Part shown: piece after piece, positions 25,150 to 34,735 of the stretch
How the letters are laid out: each line of letters begins with the position of its first letter
Numbering within the stretch: the first letter of the stretch is position 1
Assembly: GCA_964561655.1 (NCBI GenBank)
Contig: CAZLQG010000003.1
Location: 1 to 35,203 of the forward strand
DNA length: 35,203 bases
Source: an uncultured Candidatus Saccharibacteria bacterium
GTDB taxonomy: Bacteria > Patescibacteriota > Doudnabacteria > UBA920
Direction: 5' to 3'
Notes under the pieces: model-generated
The model's input: only the letters and a program-made list of their open reading frames with translations
What the model was told of the DNA's origin: nothing
Database searches by the model: none
Made by a program: the position numbers and the translations under genes

Positions 25150-25279
25150 AAATTCCAAATTACAAATAACAAAACACAAACAAATTACAAATCACAATGA
25201 CCAAAATGCCAAATTGTTTGATATTTGAAATTTAAAAATTGTAATTTGTTTGGTGCTTGTGATTTGTTTTTTGGAATTT
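25150..25279. repeat. heptamer-periodic inverted repeat element
   Basis: ATTCCAA ATTACAA ATAACAA AACACAA.. mirrored by TTGGTGC TTGTGAT TTGTTTT TTGGAAT. Confidence 0.8.
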
Positions 25280-25287
25280 TACCTTTT

Positions 25288-27063
25288 ATGCCGGACAACA
25301 CATTGCAAGAAATTAAAGACCGTCTTAATATTGCCGAAGTCATCGGGGGTTATATTCCTATTAAAAAAGCCGGCGGTAACTACAAGGCGGTTTGTCCCTT
25401 TCATAGCGAAAAAACGCCGTCTTTGATGATTTCGCCATCAAAGCAGATTTGGCATTGTTTCGGCTGCGGCGAGGGAGGCGATGTTTTCGGTTTTGTCATG
25501 CGCTATGAAAATTTGCAATTCCGTGAGGTTTTGAAAATTTTGGCGGACAAGGCCGGGGTAAAATTACCGGCTTACAGCCAGCAGTCAAAAATCAGCGAAG
25601 ACCAAAAAGCCCCGCTTTTGCGGATTAATGATTTTGCCTCGCGTTTTTACCATCAAATTTTAACAAGCGAAAAGCAGGGCGTAAAAGCTTTGGAATATTT
25701 AAAGCAGCGGGGGCTTAATTCGGAAACTATCAAAAAATGGAGGATAGGTTTTGCTCCGGATGATTTTCATGTTTTGGAAAAGGCTTTGGCAAAAAAACAG
25801 GTGAATGTCAATGATTTAGTCAAGGCCGGAGTGAGCGCAAGGAACGAAAAAGGCCAGGTTTATGACAGGTTCCGTGGCAGGATTACTTTTCCGATTTTTA
25901 ATTACTATAACGAGGTTGTGGGATTTTCCGCCAGGATCTTAAATGGCGACCGGCAAGCTGCTAAATACGTTAATTCCCCCGAAACCTTAATTTACAATAA
26001 AAGCAAAATTTTATTCGGTTTAAATTTTGCCAAGGAATCAATCCGAAAAAAAGACGAGGTTATAATTGTAGAAGGGCAAATGGACTGTATTTCCGCGCAC
26101 CAAGCGGGCTTTGCCAACGTGGTGGCCTCCAGCGGCACGGCTTTGACTTTTGACCAGTTGTCGCTTTTAGGCAGGCTTACTAAGCATTTAAAGTTTTGCT
26201 TGGACGCGGACGAAGCGGGGTTTGCCGCTACCAAAAGGGCGATAGAAATTTATTTAGGACAGGATCTAAGTATAAAGATTGTAGACCTGGCGGGTGCCAA
26301 GGATCCGGATGAGTTAATTAAAAGAGATTTTCGGCAATTTGAGCAGCAAGTAAAAACCGCTCCGTTGTTTTTGGATTATTACATTGAAAAGTTATTTAAA
26401 AATTTTGCCGGCGATTCGGTAGAGCAAAAAAAACAGATTGCCGGAGAAATTTTGTCTTTGGTTAAATATCTTCAGGACCCTGTAGAACAAGATCATTATG
26501 TAAATTTGCTGGCTGAAAAGTTCAACGCAAGCGCTAAAGTTTTATGGGAAGCTTTGGCTAAAATTAAACTGAAATTTAGCGTATCTTTTAGTCCCCAAAG
26601 TTTATCCAAACAGCCTAAAGCGGTTAAATCCGCAGAGCCGCAGTTGATTTTGGAAAAAGAAATTTTGGGCGGGGTTTTGCTGTATCCGAATTTTGCGAAC
26701 TTCGCTTTCAGCCTTTTAGAAGCGGAAGATTTTGAAAGTTATGAGGTAAAAAAAATATTGGAGCCGGCTTTTCAGGACGGGAATATAAATCAGATTGGGC
26801 AAGATTCCAGCCTAGCCAAAGAGGCGGTTTTTATGGTAGAATCACGATTGGACGAACTTGGCAAAGACGAGCAGGTATTGATGAAGATTTTGAAAGTAGA
26901 TTTAAGGGATTTGAAATTACAGAGCGTGAAGCGTAGGCAACATAATTTGTTGACGGAAATCAAAAGAGCTGAAAATCAAAAAGATAAACAACAATTGAGC
27001 CAACTCAATAAAGAGTTTGCTGCGATTTCGGATTTAAGAATAAAATTGGAAAAAGGATTTTAA
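25288..27063 (+). CDS. dnaG: DNA primase
   Basis: CPFH.EKTPS..HCFGC Zn finger, [33 protein letters not shown]. Confidence 0.97.
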   Translation: MPDNTLQEIKDRLNIAEVIGGYIPIKKAGGNYKAVCPFHSEKTPSLMISPSKQIWHCFGCGEGGDVFGFVMRYENLQFREVLKILADKAGVKLPAYSQQSKISEDQKAPLLRINDFASRFYHQILTSEKQGVKALEYLKQRGLNSETIKKWRIGFAPDDFHVLEKALAKKQVNVNDLVKAGVSARNEKGQVYDRFRGRITFPIFNYYNEVVGFSARILNGDRQAAKYVNSPETLIYNKSKILFGLNFAKESIRKKDEVIIVEGQMDCISAHQAGFANVVASSGTALTFDQLSLLGRLTKHLKFCLDADEAGFAATKRAIEIYLGQDLSIKIVDLAGAKDPDELIKRDFRQFEQQVKTAPLFLDYYIEKLFKNFAGDSVEQKKQIAGEILSLVKYLQDPVEQDHYVNLLAEKFNASAKVLWEALAKIKLKFSVSFSPQSLSKQPKAVKSAEPQLILEKEILGGVLLYPNFANFAFSLLEAEDFESYEVKKILEPAFQDGNINQIGQDSSLAKEAVFMVESRLDELGKDEQVLMKILKVDLRDLKLQSVKRRQHNLLTEIKRAENQKDKQQLSQLNKEFAAISDLRIKLEKGF

Positions 27064-27067
27064 TTTT

Positions 27068-28357
27068 ATGCCTAAAAAAAAGAAAAAGGCCGTAAAAAAG
27101 AAGGCTAAAAAGTCCAAAAAGAAGCCTAAAAAGGCGTTAAAAAAACGTCTGTTTAGGGCTTTGGGCAAAAAGAAACTGAAGAAAAAGGCTGAAGGTAAAA
27201 GAAAAGTCCAGCAAGTTTTGCCGTTGGACGAAATTTCTAAGGAAAAAGTGGAAAAGGTTTTGAAGAAGTTAATGGTTAAAGGCGCGGAGAGAGGTTTTGT
27301 TACGGAAGCGGAGATTATCCACACAATGCCGTTTTTAGAGGAAGACCTACCGGCTTTGGAAAAACTCATGGATAATTTGGAAAAGCGGGGAGTGGAAGTA
27401 GTGGATCAGGAGGTAGCCAGCGTGTGGGAGCAGAACAAACCTGTGGAAGAAGTGGAAGCCAAGACGGTAAAACAAAAAAAAGCCAAAAAGGACAAAGAAA
27501 TGCTGGCCGTGGCATTGGATTTGGGCAATATTTATGACGATTCAATTCAGATGTACTTGCGTGAAATCGGCAAAGTGCCTTTGCTTACCTCGGGAGAGGA
27601 GGTTGAGTTGGCCAAACGGATAGAAAAAGATGACGTCGCCGCAAGGAAGAAGCTCACCGAAGCAAATTTGCGTTTAGTGGTTTCCATAGCCAAAAAATAT
27701 ATGGGCCGGAACTTGGGGCTTTTGGATTTAATTCAGGAAGGAAATCTAGGTTTGTTCAGAGCCGTGGAAAAATTTGACTGGACTAAGGGTTATAAATTTT
27801 CCACTTACGCGACTTGGTGGATTCGCCAGGCCATTACCCGCGCTTTGGCAGATCAATCCCGCACCATCCGCATTCCGGTGCATATGGTGGAGACTTTAAA
27901 CAAATACGCGCAGGCACAAAGGCAGCTGGTGCAGGATTTAGGCAGGGAGCCTTTGCCGGAAGAGATTGCGGCGGAAATGGGCATTGAAGTAGAGAAAGTA
28001 TATCATCTCAAAAAAATTTCGCAGGAAACCGTATCTATTGATTCGCCGGTAGGCGAAGATGACGGAGAAGATTCTTCTTTAGGGGATTTCATTGTAGACG
28101 AAGATACTACCAAGCCTAACGAAATGGCCGGCCGGCAGATTTTAAAGGAATATGTGCAGAATATTTTAAAGGACTTGGATCCAAGGGAGCAAAAGATATT
28201 AAAGATGCGTTTTGGTTTGGAAGACGGCGTCTACCATACTTTGGAGGAGGTTGGCGCGGAATTCGGCGTTACCAGGGAGCGGATTAGGCAAATTGAAAGT
28301 AAGGCCTTAGAGCGCATCCGCGAGCATGTGGATGTGAATAAATTAAGAGATTATTAG
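27068..28357 (+). CDS. rpoD: primary sigma factor with Lys-rich N-terminal extension
   Basis: [51 protein letters not shown]; follows dnaG. Confidence 0.97.
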   Translation: MPKKKKKAVKKKAKKSKKKPKKALKKRLFRALGKKKLKKKAEGKRKVQQVLPLDEISKEKVEKVLKKLMVKGAERGFVTEAEIIHTMPFLEEDLPALEKLMDNLEKRGVEVVDQEVASVWEQNKPVEEVEAKTVKQKKAKKDKEMLAVALDLGNIYDDSIQMYLREIGKVPLLTSGEEVELAKRIEKDDVAARKKLTEANLRLVVSIAKKYMGRNLGLLDLIQEGNLGLFRAVEKFDWTKGYKFSTYATWWIRQAITRALADQSRTIRIPVHMVETLNKYAQAQRQLVQDLGREPLPEEIAAEMGIEVEKVYHLKKISQETVSIDSPVGEDDGEDSSLGDFIVDEDTTKPNEMAGRQILKEYVQNILKDLDPREQKILKMRFGLEDGVYHTLEEVGAEFGVTRERIRQIESKALERIREHVDVNKLRDY

Positions 28358-28484
28358 ACAAGTTCCAAAAATCAAATTATAAATTTTAAATAAAAACTCA
28401 AAACTAAATTTTAAACATTTTCGACTTGTTGAGAAATTGGATATTAGAAATTGGGAATTCTCAGATATTGAAAAAAGCTAGTTT

Positions 28485-28513
28485 TTGACATCTGAAAAGA
28501 CATATTTTATAGT
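28485..28513 (+). promoter_or_regulatory. sigma70 promoter P1
   Basis: TTGACA, 17 nt, TATAGT. Confidence 0.6.
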
Positions 28514-28584
28514 CAAACTTTCGGCCATTGATAACTTATCCACTCATACAAAATCCTCCTAAGAATAAGGGGGATTTTTTGGTG

Positions 28585-28613
28585 TTGACATCAGATTTTT
28601 ATCGGGCGATAAT
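28585..28613 (+). promoter_or_regulatory. sigma70 promoter P2
   Basis: TTGACA, 17 nt, GATAAT. Confidence 0.6.
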
Positions 28614-28619
28614 TAAAGC

Positions 28620-28820
28620 AGAAAGGAAAGTAATAGATGCGAGCAGTTGCTAATAGCGGGTGACTTTTCCCGCGAAATTAGCGGTAAACCCAAAAGGCGG
28701 TTAGCCTTCTTGCATCAAAAGCAATTAAAAGAGAATATCGCAATGATGGGAAAAGTTTGCTCGGAAAGTTAAAGCCCAGCGCCAATCTGGAAAGTCAGAT
28801 GGAAGCTGGGTTTTAACGTT
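28620..28820 (+). ncRNA. candidate structured small RNA
   Basis: Promoter upstream, several complementary stems, closing hairpin GTTAAAGCCCAGC/GCTGGGTTTTAAC, no long ORF. Confidence 0.45.
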
Positions 28821-28837
28821 GGTTTTATTTTAATATC

Positions 28838-29935
28838 CTACAAGTTTAACAGCACGGCCGCTATCCAGGGGAAGGCAAGCGTAACGTCGCTTTGAATTAT
28901 TTGGTAATAACTTTCGGTAGAAAGTTTGTCCCAGGTTATTTTTTCTTTTCCGCCCGCGCCGGAATAAGAGCCGTAAGACATAGGTGAGGAACCGATTTCA
29001 ATAAAGCCTGCCCAGTCCCGCACTTTTGGCAGGCGAAGGTCGTGTTTTAAAGAAGGAACTATACAGATCGGAAAGTCTCCGGCTATCCCTCCGCCGAGCT
29101 GCAAGAAGGCAATGGGGTGCTTTTTAGATTCTTTCATATACCAGTCATAAAGCAGATGGAAATATTCGAGACCGGTCTTCGTTATGTCAGGGCTGATGGT
29201 GATGTCGCCTTTTTTCTTGTGCGGTCCGTTATAAGTATAGCTGGCAAAAATATTTCCCATAGTGGAGTCTTCAAAACCCGGAACTACTATTGGGATATTT
29301 TTTTTGTAAGTTGCATAAACCCAAGAGTCTTCCGGATTAGACTTAGGGTCCGGGGAAATTAATTTTTCGGAAAACAGGCGCCTAAAATATTCATGCGGAA
29401 AATATCTTTTGCCTGTTTTTTGCGCCTTTTGCCACATCTTCAAAAGATGCGGTTCCATAATTCGCACGCTTTCATCCTCAGGCAAAAAAGTGTCGGTAAT
29501 GCGGCGGAGCCCTGCATCGCGCAGTTCTGCCTCCTGCTTTGGGGTTAGTTCAGTGTAGCGGGGGATATAAGCATAGTGGGAATGCGCAACATAGCGGTAA
29601 TATGATTCTTCGTGGTTTGCGCCGGTTGCGGAAATTATATGAACCTTGTTTTTTCTAATAAGCTCCGCAAGCATCACTCCTACCTGGAAAGAACTTAAAG
29701 CCCCGGCCAGAGTTACCATTAATTTTCCGCCGTTTTTTAAATGATTTTTCAGCCATAAAGCTGCCTGCATGGTGGCGCCGGCATTGGTGTGGTTTAGGGT
29801 TTTTTGCGCGTATGCGGAAACAGGAGAGGAGGCTTTTTTTACAAAAGCATTTAGCTCACCTTTTGAAGTATTTTTTTCCGGTTCAATAAGCTGTCTTAGC
29901 CCTGGGGAAAGTTTTTTAAGTTTACTTTTTTTCAT
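28838..29935 (-). CDS. deoxyhypusine synthase-like protein (homospermidine synthase candidate)
   Basis: LAGALS, TGAN.EE, RITDT, PGFEDSTMG, LGGG..DF, YSGA...EKITWDK with the conserved Lys. Confidence 0.9.
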   Translation of the reverse strand: MKKSKLKKLSPGLRQLIEPEKNTSKGELNAFVKKASSPVSAYAQKTLNHTNAGATMQAALWLKNHLKNGGKLMVTLAGALSSFQVGVMLAELIRKNKVHIISATGANHEESYYRYVAHSHYAYIPRYTELTPKQEAELRDAGLRRITDTFLPEDESVRIMEPHLLKMWQKAQKTGKRYFPHEYFRRLFSEKLISPDPKSNPEDSWVYATYKKNIPIVVPGFEDSTMGNIFASYTYNGPHKKKGDITISPDITKTGLEYFHLLYDWYMKESKKHPIAFLQLGGGIAGDFPICIVPSLKHDLRLPKVRDWAGFIEIGSSPMSYGSYSGAGGKEKITWDKLSTESYYQIIQSDVTLAFPWIAAVLLNL

Positions 29936-29976
29936 AGTTCTTTTATTACGAGGATATTCTAACTTAAAATATTTAA

Positions 29977-30297
29977 TTATTCAATATTTAAAAGCACAAT
30001 GCTGGTTAAGCCTAAAAGAATGCCAATTTTGGCCCAGATGCTGATTTGTTCCTTAAACCAAAATAGGCCTATAAATACGACTAGGATCAAATTTAGAAGG
30101 GTAAAAATAATGATTGCTTTGGAAAGAGCCTCGTATTTAAGGGATAGCGCCCACAGCACACCACCTAAAAAGTAAACCCCAAAGCCTACCAGCAAGGTTG
30201 TGAGATTATCGCTTAAAGACCATTTTTTAAAGAAAAAATCTCCGGCAACTTCTAGCAAAACGGCGGTAAGAATCAGAATGTAAAAGATTAAGCTCAT
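29977..30297 (-). CDS. SMR/DMT-family small membrane transporter
   Basis: 106 aa, four hydrophobic helices, TM1 Glu (LLEVAGD), G...FKE motif. Confidence 0.8.
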   Translation of the reverse strand: MSLIFYILILTAVLLEVAGDFFFKKWSLSDNLTTLLVGFGVYFLGGVLWALSLKYEALSKAIIIFTLLNLILVVFIGLFWFKEQISIWAKIGILLGLTSIVLLNIE

Positions 30298-31181
30298 TGG
30301 AATTTAAAGCCTATTATTTTATAAACTAACCTGGCGGCCAGAAGGTCTGCTGCGTGGAAGTTTTTTTGAGGAGCAAATTCAACTACGTCAGAACCTATAA
30401 CGTTCTTATTTTTAAAAACAGTTTTTAAAATGTCTAAACTAGGCCACCATAGCAGTCCCCCCGGTTCGGGGGTGCCGGTTGCCGGCATTATTGAAGGGTC
30501 GAACGCATCAATATCAAAAGTTATATAAACATCTTTTGTGGGAATCGCTTTTGCGATATCTGCCGGTTTAAATTTTTGCCAAGCCCAGAATGTTGAAATT
30601 CTTTTTTTGTTATTTTTTCTGAATTCCTGTTCTCCGTCAGAATCACCGAGGGTTCTTATACCAACTTGGACCACATATTTAATTGGCAGATTTTTCATTG
30701 ACTGGTGGATTACCGAAGCGTGGCTATAAATGGAACCGTCATAAGATTTTCTCATATCTGAATGGGCGTCAAATTGCAAAACTGTCAAATTTTTATATTG
30801 AGAACAAATTCCTTTGAGCGCTCCTTGAGTAATAGAATGTTCTCCTCCCAGTACTAGAGGAAATTTTTTGTCTTTAACTATTTTGCCAGTGATATTTGCT
30901 AGCAGGTTAAGGGTTTTTTTTGGATCTTTGGAGAGCCGTGGTTCGGCCAGCGTAAACATCCCATGTTTGTAGGCAGCTTTTTTGGTTTGTTCATCAATGG
31001 CTTCTACCTGCCGACTGGCTTCAATAATCGCCTTTGGACCATTTTTTGTTCCGCTCCCATAGCTTACGGTGGCTTCATATCCAAAAGGAACGATTACTAC
31101 TTTAGCTTTTTTGTAGCTTGTATTAAACTCGTTTTTCTTTAAAATTTCTAAAAATCCTTTTTTATGTAGTCGGAATTTCAT
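30294..31181 (-). CDS. speB: agmatinase (ureohydrolase)
   Basis: TVSYGSGT..GP, GGEHSI, FDAHSD, FDIDAFDP..PATGTPEPGG, DVVE. Confidence 0.92.
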   Translation of the reverse strand: MKFRLHKKGFLEILKKNEFNTSYKKAKVVIVPFGYEATVSYGSGTKNGPKAIIEASRQVEAIDEQTKKAAYKHGMFTLAEPRLSKDPKKTLNLLANITGKIVKDKKFPLVLGGEHSITQGALKGICSQYKNLTVLQFDAHSDMRKSYDGSIYSHASVIHQSMKNLPIKYVVQVGIRTLGDSDGEQEFRKNNKKRISTFWAWQKFKPADIAKAIPTKDVYITFDIDAFDPSIMPATGTPEPGGLLWWPSLDILKTVFKNKNVIGSDVVEFAPQKNFHAADLLAARLVYKIIGFKFQ

Positions 31182-31264
31182 GGATTTTAATATATTGATG
31201 TAAAGGTATTTTAGCTTTTTTGGGCTTTATTTGCAAAGATTTTGATGCTATAATTTAGTCTAAT

Positions 31265-32362
31265 ATGGCTTTCGCTCCGGGATTAACGAAAATTTTATAC
31301 AAGTCGGTCCTGCGAAGAGCGCTTTTTTTAGTTGAGGCGGAACGCGTGCACAACTGGGCGATTTGGACAGGCAGGTTTTTAGGCAAATTCAAGTTTACAA
31401 GAAGCCTGATCAAATTTTGCTTTGATTATCGCCATTCGGCTTTAAAGCAAAACATACTGGGAATCAACTTTGAAAACCCTCTTGGTCTTGCCGCCGGGTT
31501 TGATAAAAATGGGTATTTGATTGGAATTTTAAGCTCTTTGGGTTTTGGATTCACGGAACTCGGCTCTGTCAGCGGGGAATTTTGCGCTGGCAATAAAAAG
31601 CCCAGAATCTGGCGCTTGCCCAAAGCAAAAGCTCTGCAAGTTAACTACGGCATGCCGAATGAAGGGTGTAATAAAGTTTATAGTAGGCTGTCAACTGAGG
31701 AATTTTCTATCCCCTTGGGAGTTAATATTGCCAAAACCAATATTCCTAAATTTGACGGTCTTACCGAAGGCATAGGCGATTATTTAAAAGCCTACAAAGC
31801 AATGCAGGAGCTGGGAGACTATTTTACTGTTAACATTAGCTGCCCAAGCACCATCGGGGGTAGGCCGTTTGAGCAGCCGGAAAATTTTAGGCAATTGATT
31901 GAGGTTCTAAATCCGTGTATTGCCAGCAAGCCGCTGTTTGTAAAGCTTTCGCCGGATTTACCCCAATATCAGCTTTCGCAAATTTTAGATATTGCTTTGG
32001 AGTTCGGAGTAAACGGTTTTATTTGTTCCAATTTGAGCAAAGAAAGAATAAAACAGCTTCAGCCAAAAAATCCGCGCGGGGGAGTAAGCGGCAAACCAAT
32101 AGAGGATTCGGTAAATAATCAAATTAAGTTTGTGTATAAAAAAGTCAAAGATAGGGCGATGGTTATTGGTTGCGGCGGCGTGTTCAGCGCAGAGGATGCT
32201 TATAAAAAAATCCGCCTTGGCGCAAGTTTAATTCAACTCATCACCGGCATGATTTATGAAGGCCCGCAGTTAATTGGCGAAATCAACCGAGGGTTGGTGA
32301 AATTGTTGCAAAAAGATGGATATCGCAGTATCTCCGAAGCAATAGGGATTGATAATAAATAG
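31265..32362 (+). CDS. pyrD: dihydroorotate dehydrogenase, class 2 (quinone-type)
   Basis: N-terminal AERVH extension, NPLGLAAGFDKN, GN.KPR..RL, NISCP, VKLSPD, GGVSGKP, IGCGG. Confidence 0.92.
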   Translation: MAFAPGLTKILYKSVLRRALFLVEAERVHNWAIWTGRFLGKFKFTRSLIKFCFDYRHSALKQNILGINFENPLGLAAGFDKNGYLIGILSSLGFGFTELGSVSGEFCAGNKKPRIWRLPKAKALQVNYGMPNEGCNKVYSRLSTEEFSIPLGVNIAKTNIPKFDGLTEGIGDYLKAYKAMQELGDYFTVNISCPSTIGGRPFEQPENFRQLIEVLNPCIASKPLFVKLSPDLPQYQLSQILDIALEFGVNGFICSNLSKERIKQLQPKNPRGGVSGKPIEDSVNNQIKFVYKKVKDRAMVIGCGGVFSAEDAYKKIRLGASLIQLITGMIYEGPQLIGEINRGLVKLLQKDGYRSISEAIGIDNK

Positions 32363-32369
32363 TCATAAA

Positions 32370-32410
32370 AAGAAACAGCCTTCCCGCTTAAAGCGAGAAG
32401 GCTGTTTCTT
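32370..32410. terminator. bidirectional terminator between convergent genes
   Basis: AAGAAACAGCCTTCCCGCT-TAA-AGCGAGAAGGCTGTTTCTT. Confidence 0.8.
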
Positions 32411-32424
32411 ATATAACAATCTAA

Positions 32425-34731
32425 CTAAAACTCGATTTCATTTACCCTTTCCCAATTGTTTTCATCCACAACCACTATCTGGCTATTGCCAATAATATAC
32501 AGATAATTTTGGATGTATACGGCGCGGTTGGCTTGGGCGTTGCTTATAGCCTTTTGCAAGCTCAGCTTGCCATCTTTGTAGCCAAAAATATAGCCGTTCT
32601 GGCCGCCGGGGAGAAAAAATATTTGTCTGTCTTTGTCCTGCAAAAACGCGTGATGGGTAGAACTTACGTCTGACCAGTATTCATTCAACAAATATTTGTC
32701 TAATTCTTTGGGATTTTGGGGATTAGATACGTCAAACAGGGACAGTTTAACCTGGGAATTTTCCATCCCGATTCCCAAAATGAGATTGTCGGCCAAAGGA
32801 TGCAAATAAGAACTGTAGCCGGGGATTTTTAGCTGGCCCTTTTCTTGCGGATTTTTGGGGTCGGCAAGATCAAGCACGTAAAACGGGTCAATCTGTCTAA
32901 AAGTAACCAAATAGCCTTTATCTTTTATGAATCTTGCCGAGTAAATCCTCTCTCCCTGCCCGAGGTCCTGGATTTTGCCGGCAATTTTTAGTTCATTGTC
33001 CAAAATATACACGTCATTAGCGCTATTTTGGCTGTTCCAGCCGCCCCAGTAGTAAATTCCCTGAGTCCCCACGGTGGTGGCTATGCGCAGATTGCCCTGG
33101 TATTCGTCCAAAGAGAACTGGTTTAGGGGCGTGCCCGGTACGCTGCCGGAAGCCGTTATTTCAAATTTATCTAAGGGGACTTTGACAATGCCGGAAAGCA
33201 GTAGGCCACGCTTGTGCTGTTTGATATAGTCAGTCATCCGGTTGGTCAGTTCGTTTTCCATTTTTAGCCTTTCGTCCGAATCCAAGCCGCTGAAATATCT
33301 GTCGATAATCTGTTGGAGTTCCACCATTTTGGCATTGCTTCCTATGTCGTAGCCTTGGAGCTTTTCTATTTTAGAAATTATTTCGGTGGGGAAGACGTCA
33401 GAGGCTTTGGTTTTAATGAAATCATACAAAATTTTTGTCTGGTCTTCAGAATACGTATAGGAAATGTAGAGCGCGTTTTCTGACATATATACCACCGACT
33501 GGCCCGCAGAGCCGACAAAAGACAGTTTATTTTGCACAGAGCCGGAAGCAGGGTCAATTGCGAAAGCATAGTAGGTACTTACGTCAGAGACAGGGACAAT
33601 GGGGTGGTAAATTTCAGTGCAGGGGATTTCTATTCCGCGATCGTTGAGGCTTAAGGGCTTAACGGGGCAGGGGTTTACCAAATCAGGATAGCTGCCGGTA
33701 ACCAGGTAGAGCTTGCCGTCGTAGAGCCTGGCGGCGGATAAGTAGGCGTTGTTTTCAATCTTTAGGTGCCAGACTTCTTTGGGATTAGCCGCGTCTTTGA
33801 TGTTGTAGCCGTAAATGTATTGGCCGGAAAAAATTATCAAGGTATCACCGGATAAAAGCATCTCCCCTTGTTTGTCTATTTGCGCGATTTTTTTCATGTC
33901 TTTAACCGGGATAGCGGAGATAATGTCTGTGTTCTGCTGGAGCTGCCTGTAGGCAGGGACCGACCTAACGCCATCATCAAACATTATGTCCACTTGCGGC
34001 TCGGAGTAATACCAATATGGCTGGTCAACGGAGATATAAAGGTTTTTTCCGTCGGTTTTTACTATGTCCGGCTCGTCAATCCCCAAAACCTGCACATTAG
34101 TTTGCGAGACCCGGTCGGAACCGTTGTCTGCCGCAAGAGGAAGAGCACTATCTGAAGATTTCTGCCCTGCCTCTCCCATTGCCGAGGGCGCGGACAACAT
34201 TTCTTCTTGTCCGCCGCCGGTTCCTCCGCCCCTGCCGTAGCCGTAACCAGTTGATTGGGCTTGCGCTAAGTACGCGACATATTCTTCTTTTGATGCAAAT
34301 TTTTTAATTAAGCTTACGGCCTTTTGCTGCTGCTCGCTGCCGATGGGAGCCTCAAGCGCCGGATTTTCGGCAACGATATCTCCGCTCGGTTGGTTATTTA
34401 CGGGTTGTCCTTGCCTTTGCCCGGCATAAAAGCCTGCCGCTATCAGGATAATTATTGCCAAGCCCAAATAAGCAAAGTTGAGATTTTTCATAAATCTAAG
34501 ATTATTAAGAGACAACTTCGAAAATAAAGTTTTGCTGGTTTTTTGCTCGGCTTTTGCCATTAGTTGTTTGCGGAGGTTTTCTATAAAGGCTTGATCCAGT
34601 ACAATATCCGGTTTGACCAGCAGAAGTTTTTCTATGATTTTTTTTATTTGAGCCTCATTTTGCTTAAAGCTGGAGTCGATTTCATAAAGCTCGTTTAAAA
34701 TTGATTGAATCTTAGCGTCTAAATTCTCCAT
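32425..34731 (-). CDS. single-pass membrane protein with extracellular beta-propeller domain; probable anti-sigma-type N-terminus
   Basis: TNVQVLGIDEPDIVKTDG, NQFSLDEY, GERIYSARF, TFRQIDPF, LKIPGYSSYLHP; cytoplasmic PD...F..NLR motif then a TM helix. Confidence 0.85.
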   Translation of the reverse strand: MENLDAKIQSILNELYEIDSSFKQNEAQIKKIIEKLLLVKPDIVLDQAFIENLRKQLMAKAEQKTSKTLFSKLSLNNLRFMKNLNFAYLGLAIIILIAAGFYAGQRQGQPVNNQPSGDIVAENPALEAPIGSEQQQKAVSLIKKFASKEEYVAYLAQAQSTGYGYGRGGGTGGGQEEMLSAPSAMGEAGQKSSDSALPLAADNGSDRVSQTNVQVLGIDEPDIVKTDGKNLYISVDQPYWYYSEPQVDIMFDDGVRSVPAYRQLQQNTDIISAIPVKDMKKIAQIDKQGEMLLSGDTLIIFSGQYIYGYNIKDAANPKEVWHLKIENNAYLSAARLYDGKLYLVTGSYPDLVNPCPVKPLSLNDRGIEIPCTEIYHPIVPVSDVSTYYAFAIDPASGSVQNKLSFVGSAGQSVVYMSENALYISYTYSEDQTKILYDFIKTKASDVFPTEIISKIEKLQGYDIGSNAKMVELQQIIDRYFSGLDSDERLKMENELTNRMTDYIKQHKRGLLLSGIVKVPLDKFEITASGSVPGTPLNQFSLDEYQGNLRIATTVGTQGIYYWGGWNSQNSANDVYILDNELKIAGKIQDLGQGERIYSARFIKDKGYLVTFRQIDPFYVLDLADPKNPQEKGQLKIPGYSSYLHPLADNLILGIGMENSQVKLSLFDVSNPQNPKELDKYLLNEYWSDVSSTHHAFLQDKDRQIFFLPGGQNGYIFGYKDGKLSLQKAISNAQANRAVYIQNYLYIIGNSQIVVVDENNWERVNEIEF

Positions 34732-34735
34732 AAAT

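Noticed and set aside
10629-25279. CRISPR arrays
   Set aside because: The repeats are 7-nt periodic and inverted, with no constant repeat/unique spacer structure and no cas genes
1430-28545. Replication origin from DnaA-box-like 9-mers (1430, 12991, 28537)
   Set aside because: They are isolated single boxes, not clustered, and no dnaA/dnaN is nearby
2966-34527. Numerous antisense or overlapping ORFs in the six-frame track
   Set aside because: They shadow well-supported genes and show no recognisable motifs
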